From positions 1 through 36,376 of IMG/VR virus record IMGVR_UViG_3300044454_000033: a stretch of 36,376 nucleotides of DNA, one strand, 5' to 3'. This document shows positions 1 to 9,831 of the stretch, piece by piece; within the stretch, counting starts at the first letter, position 1, and every line of letters starts with the position of its first letter. The notes under the pieces were generated by a model. It was not told the origin of the DNA. It did not search any database and was given only the letters and a program-made list of their open reading frames with translations. The DNA comes from a virus (taxonomy: Duplodnaviria > Caudoviricetes). Made by a program: the position numbers and the translations under genes.

Positions 1-92
1 TGCGTGTTAACCAATCCGGCAAACTCTGAGAACTTGCCGCCACCGTCTTTATCATCAGGAGTGATCCTTGGCTCGCGCCACGGTCGGCTCAT
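1..92 (-). CDS. 5' end of a further virion gene, truncated by the window edge (MSRPWREPRITPDDKDGGGKFSEFAGLVNT...); possibly the tail nozzle/tubular protein
   Basis: ATG at 92 preceded by AAGAGGAC; frame open to the window edge; continues the late operon. Function inferred only from the FxGLxN-like start and the absence of a nozzle gene elsewhere in the window. Confidence 0.55.
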   Translation of the reverse strand, partial: MSRPWREPRITPDDKDGGGKFSEFAGLVNT

Positions 93-143
93 GATGTCCT
101 CTTGGGTTATGGGGCGCACTCTACCCCGGTTGTTTCGGTATGT

Positions 144-3100
144 CTACTGCCCCGGTTCAATATCGACGTGCAAGTCTCCCGGCAGCTCCGTAGCGAACAG
201 TATTTCCGTTTCAAGCTGCACCCACAAACGGTGGTCTGCCCGAATGGCGGGCACGTTGGTCGTGATCGGGTACACCCCCAATTCAGCGAGCGCCTGCAGC
301 CCAACAGGGAAGAGATTACAGTCATATAAGAACGCAAGCTGCCCATCCGTTATGGTTGCCACTTGCCCAAGCATCGTCGTCGTAAGCGCGGGCTGCAACG
401 ACGCGCTCAACACAGACACTGATATACCCGTCAGGCTAAGCAAGCTGAGCGGTATGAGCGCGCTAACACCCGACTGCAGTTGCGCGCCAATCAGCCGCAG
501 GGTAAGTGCTGGTACGAATACACCAGAGCTGGCTGTGAGCGATTGACTAGTCAGCCCAAGAGCAACCTCTATCCCCAGCAGTCCGTGCTGCGCCGTAAGT
601 TGGGAACCCCCCAGCGTGAGTGCCATCACGGGTACTGCAGCCCCTCCTGATACTTGGGACTGTAGTCCGGTCAGCAGCGCGAATACGGACGTGACGGGGG
701 TAAGTATTCCGCTCGTGGAAGCTATCGACTGTCCCGCCAACGCCGCCCCACGCACAACGACAAGCGCGCCTTGCGTGACAGCAGCCGACACCCCCGCGAG
801 TTCGTACGTTATGTCATGTGTTTCAGCTCCGATAACCGTGCCGCCAGAAACGGTCGCCACAAGTCCAGAACCAATGCTCGCGGATATGCTGGGTGTGAGC
901 ACACCCTGTGAGATGGTTGCCGTTCGGCCCAGCAAAGAGTCGAACGAAATAGCGGTAACCGTCACCCTGCCAACACCGCCATACGTCAGAAACGAAAACA
1001 GTTGGTTTGCTTCACCCCAGTAGTTGAGCGTCGCCCATGCCTGCTTAGCTTGCGTGTAGTAGTTGTACCGTCCGTACGGCACCAATGCCAAGACACTGGG
1101 TGCGCCCAGCCCGCCACCGAACCCGGAGTAGTGCAGCGACGGCACCGTCGTCGCTACGTTGATGTCGTACGTTACTGTTTGCTGCCACGTGGTACTGCTA
1201 TCAAGCGTCCACGAATTGCCTGTTCCGGTCGCGTCGTTACTCTGTGTTGTGTACGAGAAAACATACCGGTCAGGTCCAGACTGAAACGACGACGAGTAGC
1301 GGTACAGGACGTGAACAACTTCGTCGCCACGAACTTCCAGCGACTCCAGTCCACCCGCTAACGACGAATCCGATGGACCCGCTTTCAACGTCATCGTGGG
1401 TGCGGTAGCCGTCGCACTCGTCCACGAAAGATGAACCACTCTCGGCTTGGTGGAAGTCACCGCACCGCCGCCGCCGCCGCCGCTATTCCAAGCCCCGCCG
1501 AACACTTCAGCAGCAGAAATCAGGAACTGCGACACACTGGTACCGTTCGACAATACCGCCACTTCCGATATTGCTGATGTCGGTATCTTCGCCAGATGGC
1601 GTTCGTCCGTGCGGACAAAAGTTGTCGCGGGAGTAACTACAGAAGTAAGCGTGTGCGAAGTGACCGTCTCTGTCACCGCATCCATCACGATCAGCCCGAT
1701 GTGGCCGGTACCGCTCTCGTATGTGATGTAGATCGTATCGCCGTACCCGGAACGGGTCACGCACATCGATCCTGCTCGCGCAGTTACCGAACCATTACCC
1801 GTGAAGGATGAGAGCTTTACTTCCGAATTGAATGTCGCCAGAGTACTGTTCGTGCCGCCAGTCCCCGTGTACCTGCGATACGCAGGAACCTTATCCCCGC
1901 CATTCGTCGCCGGATAGAAGATGTAGAAGTTGTTGGCGTCATGCGCGTAACAGCCAAGTGTGTCAGCCTCGTCCAGAGTCGGCACATTGAGGCGCTGAAT
2001 GTACCCACCATACCAACCCTCTCCGTTGATGTGTTCTCTGGTAGTAATGTGCAGCACATCGGGGGTCGTGGTGTCCCCCCCAATCCGACCATACGCTCGC
2101 GTATACACACCCCACGTAACGCCATCCCGCCCGACACTGGTCTTTCCGCCGTACGACGTTGGCGGCGCGAAGTCATAGGGCTGGCTGTCGTACGTACTGG
2201 CTACACCACCGGGGTTGTTAAAGGTGAGGCTGGTGAAGAAAGGCTGCGTAGGAAAGGACTGAGCCGTCCGATCAATGTGGTAGTAAAAAGCACTCTCTGT
2301 TTCGGGCGATACATTGGCACCGTTAACTACGAACTCACCGCCACCTTTCAACAGCCCATCAAAGGGCGCGAAGTTGTTGCCGAACGTGAACGCCGATATG
2401 CTCGGCGACCCACTGAAATTAGCTGGAGAGGTGTTGGTAACCGATGTGGTTACAACGCTCTTGCGTGTGGAATAAGAAGCACCAGTACCAAGAACCTGCC
2501 CCACCACACCAACTGACATGGATAGCTGGGTGTCGTAGTTCGCTACCAGAACCGCAACATCCGCACCCGACTGAACCGCTGCGATTGATCTACCCGAGCA
2601 GATAACCTGCTGTCCAACAAGGCTCGTTGTTACGGTCGCGGTTAACGCTCCCTGTTGAGTTGTTGCACTCTGACCGGCAAAACCAACACCCGCACTTACC
2701 ACGCCCTGTGAAACAGTCACACTCAGCCCACTACTCGCCATCGAGTAGGTGTTGTCTACTTGAGTCTGCCGAGTGATCGTCCCCCGGCTAATCGTCATCG
2801 ACTTGCCCAGTGGAACGTAATTAAGGCTGTTGCTGGTAGGTCCGGTTCTGGCAACCGTTGTGGACAAACCCTGCAGCTTTATAGTGGGGCTGTTGCCGGT
2901 GACAACATCCTTCGCGGTAGTAATACTCGTCCACGACGGGCTACCTAGCCCCGCCAAGCGATTCGCGCCAACATACCCTGTCGCAGTATCATCCCAGTAG
3001 GAAAATCCACTTGGGGCCGGGTACAGGCAGCTCATCTCATCGAAACGAGCGTTAATCGCGGTAGTGGTAGTGGCCGAGCACCACGCAGGGAACAACGCTA

Positions 3101-3569
3101 CCGCCGGAAGGTTGGTGAATGCCGCGTTAGTACCCGCCGCCGGATCGCCAATCTCTCCTTGCGCCGCCCCAAACCAAATGCCGTTACACCCAAACCATAT
3201 CTTCGAGTTGGTAAAATCAACAGCCACCATGAGCGTATCGCCCGCAGCAGCAACGGGTAGGTTGTTACCTGCGCCTATCCGGGTTCCTCCGAACCACTCG
3301 CGGTACATCCCACCACTGGCGGTAGACAACATCCCACGACCGTTTGTGGTATTACCTATGTAGGTGGATAACGACTCGCTGGCACTGTTGACGCCGAAAC
3401 CTCCATACCCGGCAGTGACAAGCTGACCCTCGAAGTACCACTTGCCCGTGGACCGTGAGACATTGGCGCGTACGGCGTGGTAACTGCCAGTTGCTGTTGC
3501 AGTTAGGTCGCCATTGGACAGCGTTACACCCGCATCCTTGTCGGCTGAGTTCCACGTGACGATGGTCAT
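144..3569 (-). CDS. Large fibre/receptor-binding protein (1141 aa): N-terminal SPRY/ConA-like domain, central beta-rich domain, two blocks of LxGQxxTxxQGxL repeats
   Basis: N-terminus TWNSADK..VTLSNGDLT..VRANVSRSTGKWYFE..GDTLMVAVD..KIWFG.NG..LFPA is a SPRY-type signature; Ser/Thr/Gly-rich; repeats shared with 3571-4935 and 5862-7286. Confidence 0.8.
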   Translation of the reverse strand: MTIVTWNSADKDAGVTLSNGDLTATATGSYHAVRANVSRSTGKWYFEGQLVTAGYGGFGVNSASESLSTYIGNTTNGRGMLSTASGGMYREWFGGTRIGAGNNLPVAAAGDTLMVAVDFTNSKIWFGCNGIWFGAAQGEIGDPAAGTNAAFTNLPAVALFPAWCSATTTTAINARFDEMSCLYPAPSGFSYWDDTATGYVGANRLAGLGSPSWTSITTAKDVVTGNSPTIKLQGLSTTVARTGPTSNSLNYVPLGKSMTISRGTITRQTQVDNTYSMASSGLSVTVSQGVVSAGVGFAGQSATTQQGALTATVTTSLVGQQVICSGRSIAAVQSGADVAVLVANYDTQLSMSVGVVGQVLGTGASYSTRKSVVTTSVTNTSPANFSGSPSISAFTFGNNFAPFDGLLKGGGEFVVNGANVSPETESAFYYHIDRTAQSFPTQPFFTSLTFNNPGGVASTYDSQPYDFAPPTSYGGKTSVGRDGVTWGVYTRAYGRIGGDTTTPDVLHITTREHINGEGWYGGYIQRLNVPTLDEADTLGCYAHDANNFYIFYPATNGGDKVPAYRRYTGTGGTNSTLATFNSEVKLSSFTGNGSVTARAGSMCVTRSGYGDTIYITYESGTGHIGLIVMDAVTETVTSHTLTSVVTPATTFVRTDERHLAKIPTSAISEVAVLSNGTSVSQFLISAAEVFGGAWNSGGGGGGAVTSTKPRVVHLSWTSATATAPTMTLKAGPSDSSLAGGLESLEVRGDEVVHVLYRYSSSFQSGPDRYVFSYTTQSNDATGTGNSWTLDSSTTWQQTVTYDINVATTVPSLHYSGFGGGLGAPSVLALVPYGRYNYYTQAKQAWATLNYWGEANQLFSFLTYGGVGRVTVTAISFDSLLGRTATISQGVLTPSISASIGSGLVATVSGGTVIGAETHDITYELAGVSAAVTQGALVVVRGAALAGQSIASTSGILTPVTSVFALLTGLQSQVSGGAAVPVMALTLGGSQLTAQHGLLGIEVALGLTSQSLTASSGVFVPALTLRLIGAQLQSGVSALIPLSLLSLTGISVSVLSASLQPALTTTMLGQVATITDGQLAFLYDCNLFPVGLQALAELGVYPITTNVPAIRADHRLWVQLETEILFATELPGDLHVDIEPGQ

Positions 3570-3570
3570 G

Positions 3571-4935
3571 TCAAGCTACCAAGTCTTTTTCAACTATCGG
3601 GTTGGTAAACACCGGAGGATTATCCTCAATAGAAAATTGGTCACTCTCATCTGTACATACGAACAACACGTTCTGCCGCCTGCTGGAAAAATTAAACCTG
3701 AGGAATCTGCCGTACTGCGTAAGCATCGACAACCCAAGCAGCGCGGCGGTGGAATCGACACCCAATTGCAACGGCTGTTGCTGTACGGTAGCACTCAACC
3801 CGACTGGGATATAGGCAATCCTATACGTGAGCGCCGCTTGCGCAATCGTCGTTAGCTGCCCAACAAGTGCTCGACCAAGTTCAGGCGCGAGCGCCGTCTG
3901 CGCCGTCGCTGCGGCCTGCCCCGTCAGTCCCTTGGCGACCCCCACCGATGGGTCAGTCTGCTGCGCCGTAGCCGCTTGTCCGACCAGCGCCCAGCCCGCG
4001 CCGAGAACCACGGACATAGCCCCCTGCGCAACAGTCTCGGCTTGGGTGACCAATGCCTTGGCAATCCCAGCAGATAGTGACTGCTGCGCTGCTGTTGCAC
4101 CCTGTCCCACCAACGCCCAACCCGCACCAGTAGCAGCAGCTACAACCCCCTGCGTGATGGTCCCAGCCTGTCCAGCCAGCGCCTTGGCGATCTCGGCAGT
4201 AGGGGGCGTCTGCTGCGCCGTAGCCGCCTGCCCAACCAGCACCCAACCAGCGCCGACAGAGGGGGCTACTGCCCCCTGCGCGGGGGTTGCGGCCTGCCCA
4301 ACCGGTGTCCATGCCACGCCGGGGGTCGAGGCCGTCTGTGCCGTTGTTCCTACGATCCCAGCAAGAACCTTGGCTACCCCGGTGGTGAGTGCCGTCTGCT
4401 GCCCTGATACCGCCAGCCCGGCCAGCGTTGCCCCCAGCAGCAGGGATGGGCCTGTCTGTGCTGCCGTCGCGGCCTGCCCAGCGGGGGTGTAGGCGACTGC
4501 GGGCGTTGGGTTCGTCTGCGCCGTCGTCGCAGCCTGCCCAAGCAACGTCCAGCCGTAGGAAGCTGATGGCGTCGGGTTCGTCTGCGCCGTCGTCGCAGCC
4601 TGCCCAACAAGAACGAAGAAAACCGCAGAGGTTGGGTTCGTTCGCGCCGCTGTCGCGGCCTGCCCGACAGGAACGAAAGCAACCGCAGGAGTTGGGTTCG
4701 TCCGCGCCGCTGTCGCGGCCTGCCCGGCAGGGACGAAGGCGGTAGTGGGGGTCGGGTTCGTCTGCGCCGATGTCGCGGCCTGCCCGGCAGGGACGAAAGC
4801 AACCGCAGGAGTTAACGGCTGTTGCGCCGTTGTTGCTGCCTGTCCTACAAGCGCAAACGAAATACCAGCAGGAGTCCACGCTCTCTGAAATCGGCGTTGC
4901 AGTCTGAACGCATCAGAGAGCTTGAATGAGAACAC
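3571..4935 (-). CDS. Repeat-rich fibre/shaft protein (454 aa) made almost entirely of 20-23 aa [LP]xGQAATxAQxxxTP units
   Basis: GTG start 3 nt after the upstream stop; repeats obvious in the protein; 60-bp DNA periodicity visible at 4621-4860. Confidence 0.8.
   Translation of the reverse strand: MFSFKLSDAFRLQRRFQRAWTPAGISFALVGQAATTAQQPLTPAVAFVPAGQAATSAQTNPTPTTAFVPAGQAATAARTNPTPAVAFVPVGQAATAARTNPTSAVFFVLVGQAATTAQTNPTPSASYGWTLLGQAATTAQTNPTPAVAYTPAGQAATAAQTGPSLLLGATLAGLAVSGQQTALTTGVAKVLAGIVGTTAQTASTPGVAWTPVGQAATPAQGAVAPSVGAGWVLVGQAATAQQTPPTAEIAKALAGQAGTITQGVVAAATGAGWALVGQGATAAQQSLSAGIAKALVTQAETVAQGAMSVVLGAGWALVGQAATAQQTDPSVGVAKGLTGQAAATAQTALAPELGRALVGQLTTIAQAALTYRIAYIPVGLSATVQQQPLQLGVDSTAALLGLSMLTQYGRFLRFNFSSRRQNVLFVCTDESDQFSIEDNPPVFTNPIVEKDLVA
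4490..4860. repeat. Near-identical 60/69-bp coding tandem repeats (PAGQAATAARTNPTPAVAFV-like units)
   Basis: Consecutive 60-nt sequence lines at 4621, 4681, 4741 and 4801 align column by column (e.g. TGTCGCGGCCTGCCCG in three of them). Confidence 0.9.
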
Positions 4936-4938
4936 GGC

Positions 4939-5850
4939 TTACGGCGTATAGATTTCCGTACGAACGGCGTCGAGTGTCCACGCTGCGCTTGTACCTGCCG
5001 TCACCACTAGCCCGTACTTGTTGTTTGCTGCGCTCAAGTCAATCGCGCCAGTGATGCCGCCTTCCGATTGCGAGCCGCCCGTTGAGAAGCCGGTGATGGC
5101 GAGCATGTGAGTAAGCCGGAACCAACCCCACAACGACCCGCTCGCACCAGCGCCGACACAATGACACTCAACTTCCAACGTGGCACGATCTACCGCCGCA
5201 CTCTGCGCGAGCATCGCTTGCGTCCATACCGTAGTCGCTGTGACGAACCGCGCTGTATCCGCTGTGGTGCCATTCGCACCGACCAGCAATTCCAGAATCG
5301 GCGCAACCGCGCCCGCAGCAGTCTTGGTGAGTGACAGCACCCAACGCAGAATCATGCCCGCCGACATGGCCGGAATAGTGATGCCGGTGTTTGTCATGTA
5401 GACCCGTGACGCGCCGATGGCTTGCGCCGGGGCAAAGTACGCTCGCACAATCGTCGGACCACCCGTAGTCTTGCGGATGCCAGCCGAGTTGTAGACAGTC
5501 CAGCCTTGACCATCAAGCCACTCCGCAGCTTCGCCAGCACCAAGCGCGATGTCCGCTCCCCACTGCGTCGTCGCGTCGTAGGTAGTGCCGCCTTTGCACA
5601 GGTAAAAATAGACCGTGCGCGCCGTTGCGCCGGGGTTGCTGATCTGGATGCCGGTGATGAGCGCATCATGGCCGCTCGCGGGAGCGACGTAGGACACCGC
5701 CGATGCTGTGATCGTGCCCGACTTGAACACGCCATAGGCATCGGTGTTGCCGCTGATCGTGCGGTCGTCCCCGGTGATCGTGAGCACAACGTCCGTGCCC
5801 GCATCCTGCTTGGCGGCGAAGTTGTCGGTGTTAGCAAGTGCGAGAGGCAT
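4939..5850 (-). CDS. Fibre-associated beta-rich virion protein (303 aa), possible receptor-binding head
   Basis: RBS AAAAGGA before ATG; Ala/Gly/Thr-rich; lies between two repeat-shaft genes. Confidence 0.7.
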   Translation of the reverse strand: MPLALANTDNFAAKQDAGTDVVLTITGDDRTISGNTDAYGVFKSGTITASAVSYVAPASGHDALITGIQISNPGATARTVYFYLCKGGTTYDATTQWGADIALGAGEAAEWLDGQGWTVYNSAGIRKTTGGPTIVRAYFAPAQAIGASRVYMTNTGITIPAMSAGMILRWVLSLTKTAAGAVAPILELLVGANGTTADTARFVTATTVWTQAMLAQSAAVDRATLEVECHCVGAGASGSLWGWFRLTHMLAITGFSTGGSQSEGGITGAIDLSAANNKYGLVVTAGTSAAWTLDAVRTEIYTP

Positions 5851-5861
5851 CGGTAATCCTT

Positions 5862-7286
5862 TTAAACTAAGAAAATATCTGGAACAGTTGAATTCACGAA
5901 CAGCGGGTTCTTCAGCGCATCGATGGTCAGTGCGTGCAGAATAAATTGTCCTTGCGCGATGGTAAGCCCGCGACCCTGCAACGCCACCGTTGCGTTGAAC
6001 GAGGTTGTTACGCCTACCCCACCCTCACTAACTACGATATTCGATCCTGCCAGCAACACCCCGATTGTTTCCGACAGCGTGTACTGCGAAACGGCAACCG
6101 CCTGCCCTATCAGCGCGACGCTTATCCCGGTAACAGGAGTGATCGTCCCCTGCGCAATGGTCGCAGCTTGAGTAGCGAGTGCCTTATCAACCCTTGCAGT
6201 TAACGCCTGTTGCGCAACGGTCGCGGCCTGTCCAAGCAACGCCCAGCCCGCGCCAGTGAACGGGGTGATCGTCCCTTGCGCAATGGTTGCAGCTTGAGTG
6301 GTGAGTGGTACGCTTAGAAGAGCTGTCGGCCCAGTCTGCGCGGTCGTCGCCGCCTGCCCAATGAGCGTACTGCCCTTCGATACTGCGAGCGGGCCTTGCG
6401 CAACAGTCGCAGCTTGGGTAGTGGGCGTTACACCGAGAAGCGGCGTCGCCCCCGTTTGCGCAGTTGTCGCCGCCTGCCCAGCCAGCGCCTTATTAACTTG
6501 CGTGGTTAACGATTGCTGCGAAACGGTTACTGCTTGCCCGGCTAACGACGCACCCGCATCTGTGCTGGGGGTAATCGCCCCTTGTGCAGTGGTTGCAACT
6601 TGGGTAGTAAGCGCCTTGTCAATCCGTGGGGTTAACGATTGTTGCGCAGTTGTCGCCACCTGCCCAGCCAACGCCTTGTCGAGCGCGGGGGTAGGTGCTT
6701 GCTGTGCGGCAGTTAATGCTTGCCCAACTAAGGTCGCACCTGCACCTGCGCTGGGGGTGATCGTCCCTTGCGCGGTAGTAGCAACCTGTGTAGTAAGCGC
6801 CTTGTCAACCCGTGGGATTAACGACTGCTGCGCAGTTGTCGCTGCCTGCCCGGCCAGCGTGCTGCCTTTCGTTATTGCGAGTGTACCAGCCGCGACCGTA
6901 GTCGCTTGTCCAACCGGCTGGAACTGAATACCCGGAGTCAGAAGCCCCGCAGCGAGCGAAGCTACCTGTGTCGCTAAAGTTGTTCCAGATACAGTTCCGA
7001 ATATGCCCGGTGTGGCTGTTACTGCTTGCGTAGTGAGTGCCGCACCTGCACCTACGCTGGGGGTGATCGTTCCTCGTGCAACAGTCGCGGCTTGTGTGGT
7101 GAGCGCAAAAGAAACACCAGTCGTTACTGAGTTACCCGATACGGTTAACGACTGCCCTACGAGGGTTGCACCACCGCCCGTTGCACCCGACGTTTCATTA
7201 GCGAACGGCCCGCCGGGAATCTGCCGCTGTGCCGTCGCCGTTTCGTTGACAAACGGCCCGCCGGGAATCTGGCGCTGTGCGGCCAT
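5862..7286 (-). CDS. Repeat-rich fibre/shaft protein (474 aa) of LxxQAATxAQGxxTP units, with an N-terminal 16-aa duplication (AQRQIPGGPFxNET twice)
   Basis: TAATG coupling to the upstream gene; roughly 19-20 repeat units by eye; 48-bp duplication (7206-7223 matches 7254-7271). Confidence 0.8.
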   Translation of the reverse strand: MAAQRQIPGGPFVNETATAQRQIPGGPFANETSGATGGGATLVGQSLTVSGNSVTTGVSFALTTQAATVARGTITPSVGAGAALTTQAVTATPGIFGTVSGTTLATQVASLAAGLLTPGIQFQPVGQATTVAAGTLAITKGSTLAGQAATTAQQSLIPRVDKALTTQVATTAQGTITPSAGAGATLVGQALTAAQQAPTPALDKALAGQVATTAQQSLTPRIDKALTTQVATTAQGAITPSTDAGASLAGQAVTVSQQSLTTQVNKALAGQAATTAQTGATPLLGVTPTTQAATVAQGPLAVSKGSTLIGQAATTAQTGPTALLSVPLTTQAATIAQGTITPFTGAGWALLGQAATVAQQALTARVDKALATQAATIAQGTITPVTGISVALIGQAVAVSQYTLSETIGVLLAGSNIVVSEGGVGVTTSFNATVALQGRGLTIAQGQFILHALTIDALKNPLFVNSTVPDIFLV

Positions 7287-8617
7287 TACGTCACCGTGAG
7301 CATCGGGTCAACGTACAGTGTGTAGCTCGCCTTCGCCACGCAAACCTTCGCGTGGATAAATCCCTTCATCTGCGGCGTGAACGTGACCGAGAGATTCTGT
7401 GTGTTCGGATTGCTCATACCCGTGGTTGTCCACGTTTCACTGCTTGTCGTTTGATCTGCGGCGGAAGCTAAAAAGTCGGCTTTCCAATCGGTATTGCGTG
7501 AACCTATTGGCGTGGCACTCGACCCAAGAAATGCAACCTCCAGCCACACTGCATCATCCTTAAGATTGGTAGCAGAATCATGCAAGATTTCAACCGTGAC
7601 AGTCTTGCTGCTGCCGGTCGCATCATTCCATATAACAATTTCATCCGACCGGAGGGGGGACGCAAATGTAGCGTTGGCGTTGGATACTAACTTCCACGAA
7701 ATGCCAGTTGTGCCATTGCTTGCGCCGCCAGTTTTGATTAATGTTGTCTCGTGCGTTATGGTGCCGCAACTATCTTCGATCAAAAGTCGATAATTCGTTG
7801 CGCCCGAGTCGCAGTTATACATCGACACACGCACATCAGGCTCCACCGTTCCCGACAACAATACCCCCGACCAACTTGTAGGCAGTTTGCAATTTTTGAA
7901 AGTAACGCGCGCTCCCCCCAAAACCGAACCAACCATATTTATGGTTGCGCTGGCGGCAGAAATATCGAAACCATCAAATATCATCGGCGCGATCCCCGCT
8001 GATGTTTGCGGCACAACCAACGCCGTCGGGCTAGTTCCACCGGACAACAAAGAACCGCCGTATACATTTAAAGTCGTGCCAGACGTCGGTTTGAATCCTT
8101 GTGCCGTTGCGGCAAATTTAAATGTGCAGTTATACAAATTAACAGCCGCACCACCGGCACCTTGAATGCTTGCCGACGCTCCCGTGGTAGCCAGTTGAAA
8201 ACTGCAATTGTCGTATGTGGAGAATCCAACAGCACCGCCAAGCGAAAAAATCGCAGTACCGGAAGCGCCACTACCAACAATAAATGTAATGCCATAAAAG
8301 AATACGGATTTGCCCCCACTACGCGGCGTAATCGATGAATTGCCCGTCGTTGTGACAGTAGCACTTGCCGCTACCGATGTCGGTGGGGTAGCCCCATCAT
8401 CGGCGCAAATCACATAAATCGGTGCCGCAAGGGTTGCCGTAGACCAGTTAGCGGAAATGGCCGACGCGACCGTTTCCGCGTGCGCCTGACTAACGTTAAC
8501 GGTGTCGCCCGCCGCAGCAACAGCCGCAGCTCCAACAAGGGTTCCTTTCGCGTCCGCCCACGATGTTCCGCCATTCCCATCGTTGCCTGTAGTTGATTTG
8601 ACATAGACGTTCGCCAT
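7286..8617 (-). CDS. Right-handed beta-helix (pectin-lyase-like) tailspike/adhesin-type protein (443 aa)
   Basis: N-terminal YVKSTTGNDGNGGTSWADAKGTL..AAAGDTVNV cap motif and recurring YDNCSF / LYNCTF / TFKNCK / MYNCD coil motifs; TAATG coupling. Confidence 0.7.
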   Translation of the reverse strand: MANVYVKSTTGNDGNGGTSWADAKGTLVGAAAVAAAGDTVNVSQAHAETVASAISANWSTATLAAPIYVICADDGATPPTSVAASATVTTTGNSSITPRSGGKSVFFYGITFIVGSGASGTAIFSLGGAVGFSTYDNCSFQLATTGASASIQGAGGAAVNLYNCTFKFAATAQGFKPTSGTTLNVYGGSLLSGGTSPTALVVPQTSAGIAPMIFDGFDISAASATINMVGSVLGGARVTFKNCKLPTSWSGVLLSGTVEPDVRVSMYNCDSGATNYRLLIEDSCGTITHETTLIKTGGASNGTTGISWKLVSNANATFASPLRSDEIVIWNDATGSSKTVTVEILHDSATNLKDDAVWLEVAFLGSSATPIGSRNTDWKADFLASAADQTTSSETWTTTGMSNPNTQNLSVTFTPQMKGFIHAKVCVAKASYTLYVDPMLTVT

Positions 8618-9087
8618 TACTCACCCACCGCAGACTGCACGGCCAAATAGTTGTCCCGCAGCGCAAGCATCTTCGCCTTGAGCGTCGTCCACTGCCCCGC
8701 CGTCAGGCCGAACGCATTACGCACCTGAGTCTCCGTCACCCATCCGGCATTCACGCGATTGATGATCCAGTTCGCCAGATACGCGCACTGTACCTGCGTC
8801 GCGTCGCGATACGCTTCGCGCATGACAGGCGCGAAGTCTGGCTTCGTGGCGTACTCCAGCACAGGGTCAGCATCAACGAGCAACGCAGCTTCAATCTCGT
8901 TCGCAATCAAGCGCAGACCAATTTGCGTAGCCCGTGCCGCGCGAATGGCAACGTAGTCTGCATCACTCGCTGCAAGGTACTCGACAAGATGATGCCGCGA
9001 GAACTCGTCAACATGGTCCTCGACAACGTACCGGCGACCATCCGCCTGCACGGTGCCGAGGGTGTGCGTGGAAGATGCTATGGGCAC
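8617..9087 (-). CDS. Hypothetical protein (156 aa, MPIASSTHTLG...), possible fibre assembly chaperone
   Basis: GTG at 9087 after GGGGGT. The longer ORF-track version (to 9354) would overlap the 9114-9587 gene. Confidence 0.65.
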   Translation of the reverse strand: MPIASSTHTLGTVQADGRRYVVEDHVDEFSRHHLVEYLAASDADYVAIRAARATQIGLRLIANEIEAALLVDADPVLEYATKPDFAPVMREAYRDATQVQCAYLANWIINRVNAGWVTETQVRNAFGLTAGQWTTLKAKMLALRDNYLAVQSAVGE

Positions 9088-9113
9088 GACATACCCCCAA
9101 GTTGTTGACGCTC

Positions 9114-9587
9114 TTACGCGATACGCAATAGACCGGTGGACGAATCGTTCGTCGGCATGGTCAGTGTGAAGTTGCCCGCCGACACCGACTGGCCGACGCC
9201 AATGGTGCCCAGCGCGTAGGTAGCGACCGCCTTGTTGGATTGCGTGCTGTTGTACAGCAGACAGCAGTCCGTGGTAAACGTGACGTTCGTCCACGAGATC
9301 GACGCCGACGGCGTGGTGAACGCCGTGGTACCGGACGAGTTGGGCGCAATCCACGTGAACGTAGCACCGCCCGCCGTGTAATTGGCCGACGAAACCTCGT
9401 TGGTTGCGCTATACGCCGTGGTGCTCGCACCAATCGACCCCGCCGTGGTGTACAACGCGCATTTGAACGTATCCGCTGTAGGCGCGGTCAGGCTGGTACG
9501 CGACGTGATGGTGGGTGAACCGAACTGATGTACGGCGTTGAGCAGTTCGACCTTGAACGACGTGCAGATTGCGGCAGCATTTGCCAT
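9114..9587 (-). CDS. Conserved small phage virion/fibre protein, CTSFKVEL...FKCALYT...NEV...YTAGG family (paralog 2, 157 aa)
   Basis: RBS AAGGAG; aligns end to end with 9832-10257; motif recognised from many uncultured Caudoviricetes fibre loci. Confidence 0.8.
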   Translation of the reverse strand: MANAAAICTSFKVELLNAVHQFGSPTITSRTSLTAPTADTFKCALYTTAGSIGASTTAYSATNEVSSANYTAGGATFTWIAPNSSGTTAFTTPSASISWTNVTFTTDCCLLYNSTQSNKAVATYALGTIGVGQSVSAGNFTLTMPTNDSSTGLLRIA

Positions 9588-9588
9588 T

Positions 9589-9816
9589 TCAGACTCCTTG
9601 TTCGCCGGTCATGTTGTGACCGCATTTGATTGTTGCCCACACATCCCGGCGAACGATCTCGCCGACATGCGCAGCCAACTCCGGGTTACTTCCCTTGTAT
9701 CGGCACTCACGTGCCATTACCCACACCTGTTCGTTCGATTCCTGCGGGATGAGCTTAACATCCAAATCACATTCAGGAAGCTCACCTAGCGCGGTTGTTA
9801 CCAGCTCGTTGCTCAT
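9589..9816 (-). CDS. Small conserved hypothetical protein (75 aa) between the two CTSFK paralogs
   Basis: RBS AAAGGGGA; fills the gap tightly; resembles small LVTT..G....GE.V.R proteins I recall next to this family. Confidence 0.7.
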   Translation of the reverse strand: MSNELVTTALGELPECDLDVKLIPQESNEQVWVMARECRYKGSNPELAAHVGEIVRRDVWATIKCGHNMTGEQGV

Positions 9817-9831
9817 GGTTATCCCCTTTGG

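Noticed and set aside
656-666. GGGACTGTAGT copy in the SPRY fibre gene
   Set aside because: Within coding sequence and far from any palindrome; may be chance, so not counted as part of the element.
3571-7286. Repeats in the fibre genes as DGR template/variable repeats or an invertible cassette
   Set aside because: No reverse transcriptase or invertase in the window; the repeats are in-frame tandem units whose differences are not adenine-specific.
9393-9405. AACCT-CGT-TGGTT, a one-mismatch operator copy
   Set aside because: Inside coding sequence, and about one such hit is expected by chance in this window.
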